Shown in pieces: positions 42,201 to 49,900 of a DNA stretch of 64,000 nucleotides; position 1 is the first letter of the stretch, and each line of letters opens with the position of its first letter. The notes under the pieces were generated by a model that had not been told where the DNA came from, ran no database searches, and saw only the letters and a program-made list of their open reading frames with translations. The position numbers were made by a program, and so were the translations under genes. The DNA comes from a virus. Location: IMG/VR virus record IMGVR_UViG_3300025592_000986. One strand, given 5' to 3'.

Positions 42201-43190
42201 CTTGCCCCATCCCAAGTTAGAGTTGCCGACTGTGTTATACGGAGGATCTTCAGCTTCGCCCTTTCCGGCCTTACCCGTTGCAAGAGCGCCGATCGTGCCC
42301 ACTAGTCTTCGATTTACCTTGTCAACCGTCGAACCAGACAAAACCGCTTTATCCAAAGCTCCGTCAACGTAGACACCCCAAGAAAGATTGCTACCTGTAT
42401 TTTGAACTGTGATTGCGTAATGATGCCACTTTCCATCGGAAGCGCTGGTCGCTAAGTGTGAGCTTCCCAATTCCGCTTGGTGAACACCTGCGGATCCAGA
42501 TTTGTAGGTGACTACAAAGGGTGTAGAACTAGCAGCAGCGTTTTGCTGGTCAAGCTCAATGGTAAATCTCGCATACTCGTGATGATCTGGCAATGAAGAC
42601 GAAGACCAAATGTCCAGTAAGACTTCTCTGCGATTGCTCGCACTGAAAGCGTCTTTCTTCAGCCAGAACTCTACAGTGTTGCCTTTGCTTGCGTTTATCT
42701 CAAGGTTTGAGGTCCTGTAACTGGAAGTGTTCCAGATATTGTCGATGTGAGGACCACCCTTTAAAGAGATATATTCTTTTACTGTCGGGTTTCTATGGTT
42801 ATTGACCGAACCTGAAGTAGAAACCGTTGATATACTACTTCCTGGGTTGAACCTAACAAAGCCGTTGGTTCTTGGATATTCCTTTTCAAAGAGGTAAATC
42901 TGGAGCGGATTTGAATCGTTTACCCACTCTAGCTTCTCTTTGGCGGATCCGTCGTATGGATAGTTCTGGTAAATAGATTCTATAGATGACTTGTAGTACT
43001 CTTCTGCGGAGCCGTACACTGCAAAGTTGGATGCAGTAGAATAGTCTACAACAGATTCATACTTATATTTGTTGCGAATATATTCTTCGATATAGTCAAT
43101 AGACTCAACATCTTCTAACAGTTGGTTAGAGTTTGTGGGCTTTTGGATATGTTTTGATTTATTTTTATCAAATAAATTATTTAAACTCAT
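30255..43190 (-). CDS. Giant (4311 aa) baseplate/receptor-binding protein with LamG and FG-GAP repeat domains
   Basis: LamG motifs TVEFWLK..WHHYAIT..LDEFRYW and SVSMWIY..WNHVGVT..IAEVCIFNKKL..LVAWYRM; NKSKGTEKAFRNILRTHG baseplate-like motif; FG-x-s-v...VGAP repeats. Confidence 0.8.
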   Translation of the reverse strand: MSLNNLFDKNKSKHIQKPTNSNQLLEDVESIDYIEEYIRNKYKYESVVDYSTASNFAVYGSAEEYYKSSIESIYQNYPYDGSAKEKLEWVNDSNPLQIYLFEKEYPRTNGFVRFNPGSSISTVSTSGSVNNHRNPTVKEYISLKGGPHIDNIWNTSSYRTSNLEINASKGNTVEFWLKKDAFSASNRREVLLDIWSSSSLPDHHEYARFTIELDQQNAAASSTPFVVTYKSGSAGVHQAELGSSHLATSASDGKWHHYAITVQNTGSNLSWGVYVDGALDKAVLSGSTVDKVNRRLVGTIGALATGKAGKGEAEDPPYNTVGNSNLGWGKLSGSLDEFRYWKTKRSPKEIARHWFTQINGGTNTDEANSKLGVYYKFNEGVSLTSSVDSLVLDYSGRLSNGIFVGYTDSNRSTDSAIVKSGVASSEFKDPIIHTENPRLNKFVDEKTDAGLQRDLANSSCLIHTIPAWVLEEDGERGQTRKLLQIIGSYFDVLHAQIGQLPKLKHLEYNDYDEVKPFPFMSQVLASHGLDTTEMFLDATALEVLADKTEEFEFEQKLHDIKNFIYRNLYNSLVTINKSKGTEKAFRNILRTHGVDEELIKLKAYSDNATYELKPNYEADSVKKRYANFQGVNKSATIFQYSSSFGLDTTSAELPTRGFITGSTLGDTGLSFTTQAEIIFPHLFPENDNTGRYKSTPISSSLFGAHTVQQGDSTSNLTFRASDKDFANFEILAAKEEEDSKNARFILKSTSGIISEQQTKVFRDVYDGEKWNFAFRIAPSGSSFGSLISGSNAAYTVELFGVNVEAGQVKDKFKLSQDITKAQGADFHKFSKRIFVGAHRRNFTGSVLQQSDVKISSVRHWVKYLDDETITKHAVDPKNYGVKDPYESAFSLQPGIDNHIPNIETLAMNWDFAMITGSTAGGQLVVQDFSSGSIDKVTSYGDIGQIVAYNHPARGDFFEASSTSSIALEYVPAYRQREFENIVSSDMIRILSDDDKTFTRGSRPVNYVFSFEKSMYQSISQEMIDLFSSIRDFGNVIGEPVDRYRQTYKPLDKLRALFFQNVENDPDVEKYIEFYRWIDDSLSTILDQYKPASTTFTDGIKNVIESHALERNKYWAKFPTLEMKQADPEGRILGINELTYDWEHGHAPLPSTVGPVSATATITFADVDGGSIDGGAITIISTDGTSRVYIPKSDATASDLHFDQDNGFDDKAAALKTAIESAGGHNGKITVSRTDNVLTLTQAISGDTGNTTITETVTDCTAVSFTGGADILLEQSENCRWWKDRTNRKATRISTGDAAVDAQRETLRKRINTVASGSTYTLRRLTKPYKLEAGIQHVLHGGSNFHLNKKLDFFKGTTNPGSNDYIRVSGSDIDAGPVCDDVNIPKYRLQGGQVFEKKKFRGTADISDTNRDFDIGTVLPFSLYSSSIDVPTDYKKEIYDNFKKGVEITNLHDDAYGDDREIPIQGPFTQHHVGGHFHRHIELNRSASVSIGRKSKAGTYKTGLDGRSDRREAFFISASHNQLYVLNPDMEGSNFTGQSPSLFKVSLTSSYAGRSNVLRDPLAKRPVNIRNIKTSTASLNLGNYQHDYQIVLGTSVEMSKDHIVENEKKTYSVDHFLSHSSDKGGYVATNFGLTEEFSSSYFYGYKDTVRPEREVKKHLITSRFSSPGGPETAGTAHGGPHIDTATNQISAYSSLNYRNLTQRMMLDVFAAERSEAFGHRFLSSVSSSTPSASYHKTNRNHRYAAISNGGSDDIFVRSDNLFVQHQIPQTDLGYAWIRNSTIETTGSYRRFESDFTEPVEFGTSAQTSSSPLFLSASEVGSFKTNINMDLFGAAIQDGALQSSPQSRLLLATKQIIQNDKNRFIDFTPVDFAGLRTIILDNVDKDSNILGYDAASKTTVNVGTSPSPNKFDLSDFNYINDEFLNSNQTVNEGASTVDPSGQMIDGLTGSQGAIGSHLLLNAIISNRGGQYGYPSWKQLRAGQHPIATSLRRNNIYSFVATELESNPAILEASDPSKYKRRAMDSFAVSAYNWPDSIEFSKRTSSRRVDSTLTRFTESALTNQNIPIRFIKNYSTDENNNFIPIPVGNPDRLSTTATSYTDVSYGNLVSNFSNLNLKSFLRLDQEVHPKYLQSFKGIESVADANSISYKEVLFPQEQNAFLKSTREREDFDTNWWSLKRSDRVKTKSFNSQGQLIRNSSKWPLDAQENFGTSKEISLGVDHPGRFGEGELVSATGLFRGIEGHADSGVESGFLQNTQTFPSASATYARRFPETPKVFKIHIKQDGFTYADMSGTHNYSAPLYTISESAQSYRENESEGGSDAAYFGHSLRLADATTLYVGGWSGPASGTNRGRVHKFNYTPDSGDTRANGAPGIPWVEDLAFELTMSDAPSQTGPANAEFGWHIDTQGDYLAVGAPGRQSSSGQGSTNGAGGIYIYKLSTVRNSQHEALILKGEATAQSVGKNLALGKDGTSLIYGMYKSSSSGVMTSGTGKAFIVSSGAVGGWQQEAEIVSDDPSTGQYFGREVRFSGSYVAISATGQYVKSNSSDQMVQGGVVHIYKSGSTPVNGSTSGSWAPVCVFTSSHPTHTTGPRFGANVSFGLGNKHVVIGEPEGIRGGAGAGTGSVQIWRFKDDGTKVHVQTITNPVTTEKNYFGAFVSATPSWISISRPVSGNDTDNNDAEGSRAVLLYESGSTPGSFTLSQTLTRNPNFTSYYGTNTGKWVDAIGNIGGTDVVKNSMHMTVTSDNLPIVIHGLPDVGDSPLHDHDGSPFGYNKGEFRSWYATTSASLNVLREATFYMKPAVTDFRAESINYITIVPPHHPDTETNFPDKTLAYIKLSESATTTGKAVEQIVDGLNSFEGNDSFSMGLRFKDVGKATFDADKRTIILEMFQSYQNSRKPSAKEFGKNIGAQGSIGNSGYFTDGEEFGITPLRANMPTTMDKVSSSPTPLEDRRPVGDAYFSASISNSTYLAGATKWTAGDLAKRYPFNFSDYKSYAEQIRLMGQDYSLVSEYRISEEMNNYIGTDSEDPFFNCPQRDFLTVTGSKNDFSDSSKDKFYEVYGHSDFMKYFNVVQDELEEMDSRTNPATFSLSCKGLKKLLPYEGFYPVQRMTQLATLFSQSYGPGSQVMQENHDNTRTSMGSFRTALAPFYAPGIGFNSVKSGIAVDYPVFVPKKDRPFMEVCTKFSGSAVNRVEIGDGLEWAQVFSGSARSATSLSSSAISVSMWIYPDPASSTKSELSQIQGTLVQFGGRGKDGETELNNGFNFYMSGSNLKLYVRDTSGKKAYFSMGSSGSAAAKRRLIGDSWNHVGVTLPLGKLKTDGSREPPIFFINGLNFTGSQITAASSTGAMPNLNQLDIDGYDNCTIGNSRSWSTGSYSGREFGSPEASIAEVCIFNKKLAPADVVGLYGSGSRYRGPWRPDMCVRPRMRNSLVAWYRMGNDTGIMTLSGTISDDANRTNRKPMSNKAWLNYSRKHRTFNNLSYHNTGSETRTNSISDHGLEYPHGTQLIGSSDYSSSLSTAKFRGFSGGYGVTLLSSISSQHQLTGAFKYPSYITGSQFNETADGGIPRIGSASWANFFNSDQDQTLTTWQRGSGQYGIQRVERIPFEAIVDPARSLFSNGQREVTEGQFDETLVLYETEPHPSASLQPCSFVRVVPEAMLGYRTAINSGLDFRKISVSTDDAKADAAEGGYAFFGMPNTSSMMTSSFSLTAMRALGKTLYSEAANNFYAETMNFFLENGHSTVIASEDTPQRPIEYGKTYRMKLRMSRKSDRKDFPIYNLPQAFGPPVDASAKLQSGETSDYGYDTHFAHGYSGYTPPHFDAYAEVEYSFTPDEGENYEMSNPGAIESILTRIAIDNKTTPTIKYNRFIKATGSVHSSFSDASLQNYKDSGFYGAAGLGSRTIYSGPTDSSFATADVNPVTSSLNKAVAMQMSASFRGLGLDDAAFVSTFENNDSSRPIIRKSLSIQSKWECPNIDFKGVATTRASSVGLSVPKGMWHQVGNIDTQSTFVEILPPSNPSDGDLSELLGMHFKVGGQKLDSNVKQKAIGTIQERKVISEAVIAIPFLETQTGTKKFLELGDATVKRIYQEVKNTQGYEQYREWDSEIKSGLRRSEMEDLGLFTNSFVSGMVRTMLEHVIPPRFNFLKYNDSRSGKYIKPFMMYTFPFTHTLTKKDLGFIWQNLPPDIALDDYNRDGDEINQEVRNAHSIKGTPIEQYIRDGRMQEIQWMVFKVKRSAEKNYFEKMDTDRLPTNHPERSRSEKDLFNYGFNWPYDYFSLVELIKIDANTVFDKSRAQRLEGTAQRTEGPSISLLEE

Positions 43191-44728
43191 TACTTCCCTA
43201 CTCTAAACTTATGAACTTTATCCTGAACTGTGTTCTTGCCATCTGTCTCATACATAAACTGAATTCCGTAAGAATAACCAGATTCTAAATTAGAAAAATC
43301 TAAATCAAAATAGTTTCCATTCTTATCGTGAGAGAGTTTGGTGTAGTCGGTTTGCTGGCCACTGCCAGTACCGAACGGTATTATGTCAAGATCGTCAATA
43401 ATCCTGAAGATCCTGTAGTAACCGTTTTCTATCGTGTAACCCTCTATGTTATTTGATGCGACGGTATAAATATTCGGCTGCCAATTCTTTTCACGAACAA
43501 ATAACCTAATTCTAGTGTTGTCGGACTGTTGATACTCTGTCTTTAAATTTGTTATCGTAGTTGTATAACTTGTGCTTGGGTTGTAATCTGCCGCTGTGTG
43601 CGTCCTTACCCTGAAGTTTGACCCTGTTACGAGCTGCACACCTTGCACAACGCTAGTTGGCTTGCTCCACACATCAAATATTTCTTTTTCAGAGCCTGTG
43701 AAAGCAAAAGATGCCGAGTATATACCCGTAGAAACCCAACCCCCAGTGACTACAGTTGCTCCGGCGACGGTGACGCCACCTCCGATTGGAAGGGTTTTAG
43801 GCTTGATCACTTGATTTTTTATGTTGCCAGACGGAAATACTTGCAAATGTATCGATGTGTGTGCACTATTGCTTCCAGAATTCGCTCCGAGGGCGGGTAT
43901 GTTCTTGAGTCGACCCCTCACAACGTTGTACAAGTACAATGTATTCAAGTTATCCTCGCCCGACATTAAAGAACTGCTAAGATAAAAACTGTTTCTATCG
44001 TCGGGAATCGAATCATCCCATCTGGCTTCTATCATAGGCCGTTTGTAGAAGAACTCAGTCGATCTAGAAAAGAATTTCTTTGTGTAAAATGACCTGTTTT
44101 TTGAACCATCTTCGAACGTGCCAGACATTTTGAGCATCACGCCGTAATTCTCTCGATCTGGGTCTACTGTTGATTCTGCGACCAGCCATTCTTCGACTAA
44201 CGCAGTAACATTTACGCTTAGGTTTTCTACCCCTTTTGTGAAAGTTTGTTTGTAATGTGGGAGATTTCTTCCAGCAGTATACCCCACCTCGTGAAAGTCC
44301 CCACCTTGCGCTACCCAACTAGTTGCCTGAGTTGGTTTAATCCAATTTGATGCAAACTCGTCAGAGTAACCCTCCATATCCAACCCAGGGCCTTCGTCCC
44401 AAGACTTTGAAATTGGCAATACAGCCATATCAAAATTCTTTGGAAGGGTCTGACCGTGAGGGGCGTTGAACACTCTAAGAAAAAACTTCACGTTCCCAGA
44501 CAACGGCAAGTCGCCGCTGTTCCTCTTCGTAAGGATGTCGGAAACTGGAAAATTTAATAACGCTCTCGATTTTTCAACTGAGCTTGTTGATGCCTGGCCG
44601 AGAATAGAAAACACTTCCAAAACGTCAGAGGCCCCCATATTAGAACCCGTCCCCCTATTTATAAGGCCGTGCTTGAAGGCATTTGTGATTGTATTGTCCG
44701 CAGTGCAGAAAAATCTCTTAATCGCCAT
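43190..44728 (-). CDS. Structural protein with DNRLRE/CBM96-like domain
   Basis: SRALLNF, ISKSWDEG, VTALVEEWL, NYGVMLK and FFSRST..RPMIEARW pattern. Confidence 0.6.
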   Translation of the reverse strand: MAIKRFFCTADNTITNAFKHGLINRGTGSNMGASDVLEVFSILGQASTSSVEKSRALLNFPVSDILTKRNSGDLPLSGNVKFFLRVFNAPHGQTLPKNFDMAVLPISKSWDEGPGLDMEGYSDEFASNWIKPTQATSWVAQGGDFHEVGYTAGRNLPHYKQTFTKGVENLSVNVTALVEEWLVAESTVDPDRENYGVMLKMSGTFEDGSKNRSFYTKKFFSRSTEFFYKRPMIEARWDDSIPDDRNSFYLSSSLMSGEDNLNTLYLYNVVRGRLKNIPALGANSGSNSAHTSIHLQVFPSGNIKNQVIKPKTLPIGGGVTVAGATVVTGGWVSTGIYSASFAFTGSEKEIFDVWSKPTSVVQGVQLVTGSNFRVRTHTAADYNPSTSYTTTITNLKTEYQQSDNTRIRLFVREKNWQPNIYTVASNNIEGYTIENGYYRIFRIIDDLDIIPFGTGSGQQTDYTKLSHDKNGNYFDLDFSNLESGYSYGIQFMYETDGKNTVQDKVHKFRVGK

Positions 44729-46521
44729 TATACAACCGTCCCTTTTATGTCCCTGTTCGGGTATTTCAACTCGAATATGTGGGTTTCGGGCAAAGTTATA
44801 ACTCTACCATCCAGGGAGGTGTTCCTTTCTACACTGAAAGAGACGCCAGAGTAGGGGTATCCGTTCTTGTTAATAACATCAATTGAAATAACATCAAGAA
44901 CTTGAGGGACTCTTTTCAACGCCTCATAGTACTCGGAGATGTATATAGGTTCTCCAATTTCTTTCTTAACGGTAAACAAATTTTTCAACTCTAGGTTTGC
45001 TGCACTTAATGCGTCAAACTTATTTTGGTCTCTTTTGACAATTATCTTGTACTCGACTCCATAGTTTATAATAAACGGATCAAGGATATCGATTGTATCA
45101 CTAATCATTCTTGCACCGTTTAGCCAAGTTTTTAAGTTATTTTTCAAAGTTCTGTTTGATACTGCTAATTTACCTTCGGTATCCTCCGACAATACGTAGA
45201 GATTCAAGTTCCTCTTGAAAGAATCTGCATCGCGAATGACAGTGCATCTCTTGATAGCGCCGAAGTTGCCAGGCATTGCATAAGTTAAATTAATGTAGTC
45301 CTGTTTTGTCACTGCCCTGTTTTGAGAGGAGAATGCACCCAGTGCCCGGATCTTGACCTCATCTACGGTCGGCAAACTAACATCTCCCACTATCGGTTCT
45401 TCGTTCAAGACCTCTATTCCGTTTATTACATAATCACGAACAGACTTGTTTAGTATTGTCAGGTTATCAAACTCTGCCAAAATCGAAGTCTTGTTCTTAA
45501 CGGATCCTGCCGACGCATTGACAAACTCTTGTGTATTTTCTCTGTAAGATATTGACAGTACCGTATTCGCTGGAGCTACTCCAAGTTTGTCATTTGATGT
45601 AAGTTTCGTCGGATCAAAGGTTGCGTCAGATATGTGTGGGCGGGCATGCCTCTTTAACACAACACTGGAGGGGTCTGCGACAGAACCGCTTAAGTCTTGA
45701 ATTGGAGATCCGTGGCCGAACTGCAAGATCGTGGAAGACCTGTTGTTCTCTACGGTATATCTTCTCGGTACTGTAACTGTTTTTAATAAATTAGGTATCC
45801 TGTCGGCGGAGAAGCCAGGGTTTGTAACCGGAACATACACTATTTCTTGAGTCAGGTCGTCCACTTGTGCGTATTCGTTTCCGTCTGAATCAATTACTGA
45901 TAATATTTCCGAGACGTTTTCGCCCGGTACTTCAACTTTTAGGAATCTCTGGAACGCTCCCACAGTCTGCGTGTAGGTTTTTGTAACCCCAGAGACGACC
46001 CGGCCATCGGATTTAACCGCGTAATATGTAGGAGTGCCGTTGGTCTCATCAACTTGGGCCACGACGAATTCACTTGTGGCGACGCTAAACCTCACGTCAT
46101 CCAATAAAGTAAAAACTGCGCCGGTGTCACTGGAGACCTGACTACCTTTCTTTATAGCTGGTAAATAATTTAAGTCAGGCTCGGCTGTGTTCGGTATCGC
46201 AGGCACTAAACAAAAGAACTGACAGACGCCATAAGAGGATGGGGCTTTACTAAACTTATACCCCATAGCCCTGGACAGTTTTATGACATTGTCATACTCT
46301 GCTGCCGTTTCTAGAAAGCTCTCATTTGCCTGATAGTCTAAATAGAACGACATTACGTCGCCAACGTAAGCAACTGTGTCAATCATCAACGAACCGAACG
46401 AGGCCTCATTGAAGTCCTTATAAGAGTTCGGGTAATATCTTTTTGCGTGCTGCAAGAGAGATTGTCTTATAGAACTGTAATCTCTATCAGTGTAATTTAT
46501 GGGAATAATTTTTTTAGCCAT
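44728..46521 (-). CDS. gp6: Baseplate wedge subunit (T4 gp6-like)
   Basis: INYTDRDYSSIRQSL, DFNEASFG, AYVGDVMSFYLD..NESFLETA, LQFGHG, QNRAVTKQDY. Confidence 0.88.
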   Translation of the reverse strand: MAKKIIPINYTDRDYSSIRQSLLQHAKRYYPNSYKDFNEASFGSLMIDTVAYVGDVMSFYLDYQANESFLETAAEYDNVIKLSRAMGYKFSKAPSSYGVCQFFCLVPAIPNTAEPDLNYLPAIKKGSQVSSDTGAVFTLLDDVRFSVATSEFVVAQVDETNGTPTYYAVKSDGRVVSGVTKTYTQTVGAFQRFLKVEVPGENVSEILSVIDSDGNEYAQVDDLTQEIVYVPVTNPGFSADRIPNLLKTVTVPRRYTVENNRSSTILQFGHGSPIQDLSGSVADPSSVVLKRHARPHISDATFDPTKLTSNDKLGVAPANTVLSISYRENTQEFVNASAGSVKNKTSILAEFDNLTILNKSVRDYVINGIEVLNEEPIVGDVSLPTVDEVKIRALGAFSSQNRAVTKQDYINLTYAMPGNFGAIKRCTVIRDADSFKRNLNLYVLSEDTEGKLAVSNRTLKNNLKTWLNGARMISDTIDILDPFIINYGVEYKIIVKRDQNKFDALSAANLELKNLFTVKKEIGEPIYISEYYEALKRVPQVLDVISIDVINKNGYPYSGVSFSVERNTSLDGRVITLPETHIFELKYPNRDIKGTVV

Positions 46522-46535
46522 AGGAAATTTCCTCT

Positions 46536-46931
46536 CTAATAAATAGTTTCAGTCAAATTTATTGCGAGAGTATTGACATCATCTGTTGGCAAAATAGTGT
46601 ATGTGACGTGAATACCCAAAAAACTATCATCAGTTCTAAATGTTCCGTCTGGACCTTCGAACATAATTTCCTCTATCCTGATGAAAGATAAATACTTTTT
46701 TACTTGAGTTCTTATTCTGGCGCTTATATCCCCGTAAAGCCCTTCGTCTATATTCCTGAATAGATAGTTTCTCAGGCCTACGCCAAAGGCTGGGTCCATA
46801 ACCCTCTCTCCTGGCGATGTCAACACGATCATCTTCAAATTTTGCTGAACGGTTTCTTTTATCGTCTTTGTTAATCTATACCCGTCAGTCTTATCTAGTT
46901 GAAGTGGTAGTTTTGGTGCTATACCTGGCAT
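46536..46931 (-). CDS. gp25: Baseplate wedge protein gp25-like
   Basis: VQQNLKMIVLTSPGERVMDPAFGVGL, typical of the GPW/gp25 family. Confidence 0.9.
   Translation of the reverse strand: MPGIAPKLPLQLDKTDGYRLTKTIKETVQQNLKMIVLTSPGERVMDPAFGVGLRNYLFRNIDEGLYGDISARIRTQVKKYLSFIRIEEIMFEGPDGTFRTDDSFLGIHVTYTILPTDDVNTLAINLTETIY
46539..46548 (-). promoter_or_regulatory. Putative late promoter motif AACTATTTAT
   Basis: In the last codons of gp25, about 18 nt upstream of the gp6 ATG. Confidence 0.4.
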
Positions 46932-46932
46932 A

Positions 46933-49900
46933 TTATTCTTCCTCCTCGCAAATCTCTACCGGTAGTCCTGCCGGGTTTGCCCCTTCGACCGTGCAGTTTG
47001 CTTGTTTTTGTCTTCTTCCTGGCTCTTCGCCTGGTAAGTGTGGTAACGAAAGTGCTAAAAATCCAACTGGACCGAGAAATGGTCCGTACGCATTGCCTGA
47101 TCTCTGGGAAACTGAGTTTACTGTATGGTTCACCGACTTTAATAAACTCGCTACACCTCGTCGGACTTTGCCTGCATTGGGCGGAAAGATGCCGCTGATT
47201 ATCTGAAGTACAGACAAAGAAATATCAACGGGTGCTGCCAAAGTCAGTGGTGCAACTGTATTGTCATCGGTGTTTAAATATCCAGACGTGAATGATCTGC
47301 TCGAATTTGAAGATAAATATGGAGGACTCTTTATGGAGCCCCAAGACAACCCATCTCTCAACTTACAGGGGTCTCTGTCGTATATCTTCTTCATCTGAGC
47401 GAATGCTGGGTCTACGAGTGCTGCCTGTCCCTTTATAGCGATTATAGGTGCCATTACCACCATCTTTGCTATCTGCGGAACCAGATCACCCAAGAGTGCT
47501 TCCGCTACGTTCCCAAAAGGACCAGAAGCGCCTTGGTTACCCTTCATCACAGCAGGATATTCATCGCCACTTATGAGGCCTTCATCGCCAGAACCTATAG
47601 ATTTTTTGTTTTGCAGTATCCTGTACATAGATCTTATCGACCCTCTAGTCCCACCAAGAAAGTCTCTAAATCCACGTTTTGAATCGAAAAAGTTTTCTTC
47701 ATTTATAAAATACAGTGCAGCCATACGATTTAGTGGGAAAATCTCTTCGAATAACATTTTGACGTCGGAATTGTAGTCTTCGCTTATAATTTTTCCATCT
47801 TTCAATCCAAGTAAAGAGTTTATTAGTGTGTCCTCATATGAATTAAATACGTTCTCCGCTGTTTCTCTTGGCTGTATTCTGCTGTTTGTGTATATGGCAA
47901 AATTGCCCATACAATCAACAAGGTTTTCTACCTTTGCTAACTCAAATACAAAGTGTTCAAATTGATCGACTCTGACTGGTCCGAGCTTCATAGATGATAA
48001 ATATTGAGAGTAATTAGACAGGTTTATTGGGATAGACCCACCCCCTTCGCCAATAACAACCTCTTTGCTAGACGTGCTACCAAAAATGCCGATGTCGCCT
48101 TGATATTCGTCGAAATTTGTAAACACAGGGGCGGTCAACTGAAACGTTTCATATCCAGGGATGTAAATCAATCGTAAACCAACTACAGTATTTTCCAAAA
48201 CATAATGCAGCGCATTTTGAAAACTTGTTCCGCTTTCATTGTTTATAAAATCCGGTGCGACTGGGGTGTTGAGAACCTCTAACAGTTGTTCATACTCGCC
48301 AAGTGTCATTCTCCTGCTTAAAGCGAAGTGCAAGTCTGGATTAACTAATCTATTATCTCTTTGTCCATCTTGCCTTTTAGCATAAAGCCTGTATCTGTTT
48401 TCGGACGAGTCTCTTTGACCGTTCGCGGTCGCCAAAGCATAATACAGAGCATCAATCGCTTTTGCCAAATAGTTTGGATCATTTTGCGGTGGCTTTACAT
48501 AAAAATACTGTTCTACCCTGAATTGTCCGTGAGGATTTTGCCGACCTAGGGTAGGATAGGATGAGTAGTCCAAGTACAAACTGTTAGGTCTGGAATCGCC
48601 AAAAATTTGAGAGCGGGACAAGACACTCTTGCTCGACTCATATTGATCAATTAATTGACTAAAGAATTCTTCTTTGTAAGATGAGAACTCTGGTTCAAAC
48701 AAATCCTCTGCCATTGTGATAACTTCCTGCTGAACGTCTTGCATTAGTTTAGCTATAACCGACACCAACGCATCCTTATTGTCAGATTGATTTGCTATTT
48801 TCTTAACTCTGTCATAAAAGTTTATCTTATATTGTTGAGAGTTTTGAAAATCTCTCTCAAGAGTCGTCTCCATATAATCATATAGGTACTGTACAATAAA
48901 ATCCTGACCTAGAATTTGTGAAGGTCTAAATCTAGAAAAAAGAAAGATACCCTTCAAAATAAACTCGATGACAAAAGTTCTGATATACAAAAATACTAGT
49001 TGATCAGAAAAGCTTTCTTCGAGAGGGCCTGGTTTGCTGAAGTCTCTATTTATTGGATTATTTTCTTCCCTACTTAACGAATCTTTATAGTCTTCCATTG
49101 CTTGTTGTCTTATCTTTTCGAAGTCTATTGGGCGATCTTTGTTCTTTATAAGACAAACCTTATCAGACCTTACATCTTCAAAATACTTTTCGGAGATTCT
49201 TGTTGATAATTCGCTTATTTGTCCTACATTAAAGTATCTGGAAGTCGAGACGCTTTCGGCAATCTTGTCCATAAAGTTTTGAGACAACATTGTAAAATGA
49301 GAAAGTTCGTAGCTCGATTCATCTGTATCTCCGTATGAAATCGCTTTCCATAGAATTGAGTCAGTGTTCCAGTTTTTTAACATTGGCTCTGTAAAGTATC
49401 TATTCTCCGCCAGGTCCCTGAAATATAGCCTGTTAATTTTTGATTCTTCCACGCTTTTCTCAAGGGAGTTCCTTACAAATTGCGCAAAGGCTTCTGGCCT
49501 TAAAAGCTTCTTTGTATCAGTGTTTTGCATATCCGGTGCAGACAATCTGAGGTCTCTTAATTGTTCAGACATCTCTTCGTGATAATTGAAGGTCTGCATT
49601 TGTCTCAACTCACTTTCAAAAACGCGAGCAGGTCTATCAACCTGAAAGCAGTCCTCTGGAGTGTGGACGAAGAACTGATCTACTATTTGACAATTGAATT
49701 GATCTTTAACACGATTGTCCACAACTGAATCAGTAAACTGCTCCAAATTATCTTGTGGAAACTTGGTTGTAGAGTTTATTCTATATTGTAATTGTGGGCC
49801 TTGCTTTTCGAGGTCGTATGTCCCAGCAAGATCGAACGCTAATTCAAGAAGGCCAGTAAACTCTATGCCTGTAAACTTTGGATATGGTCCAGAGGTTATT

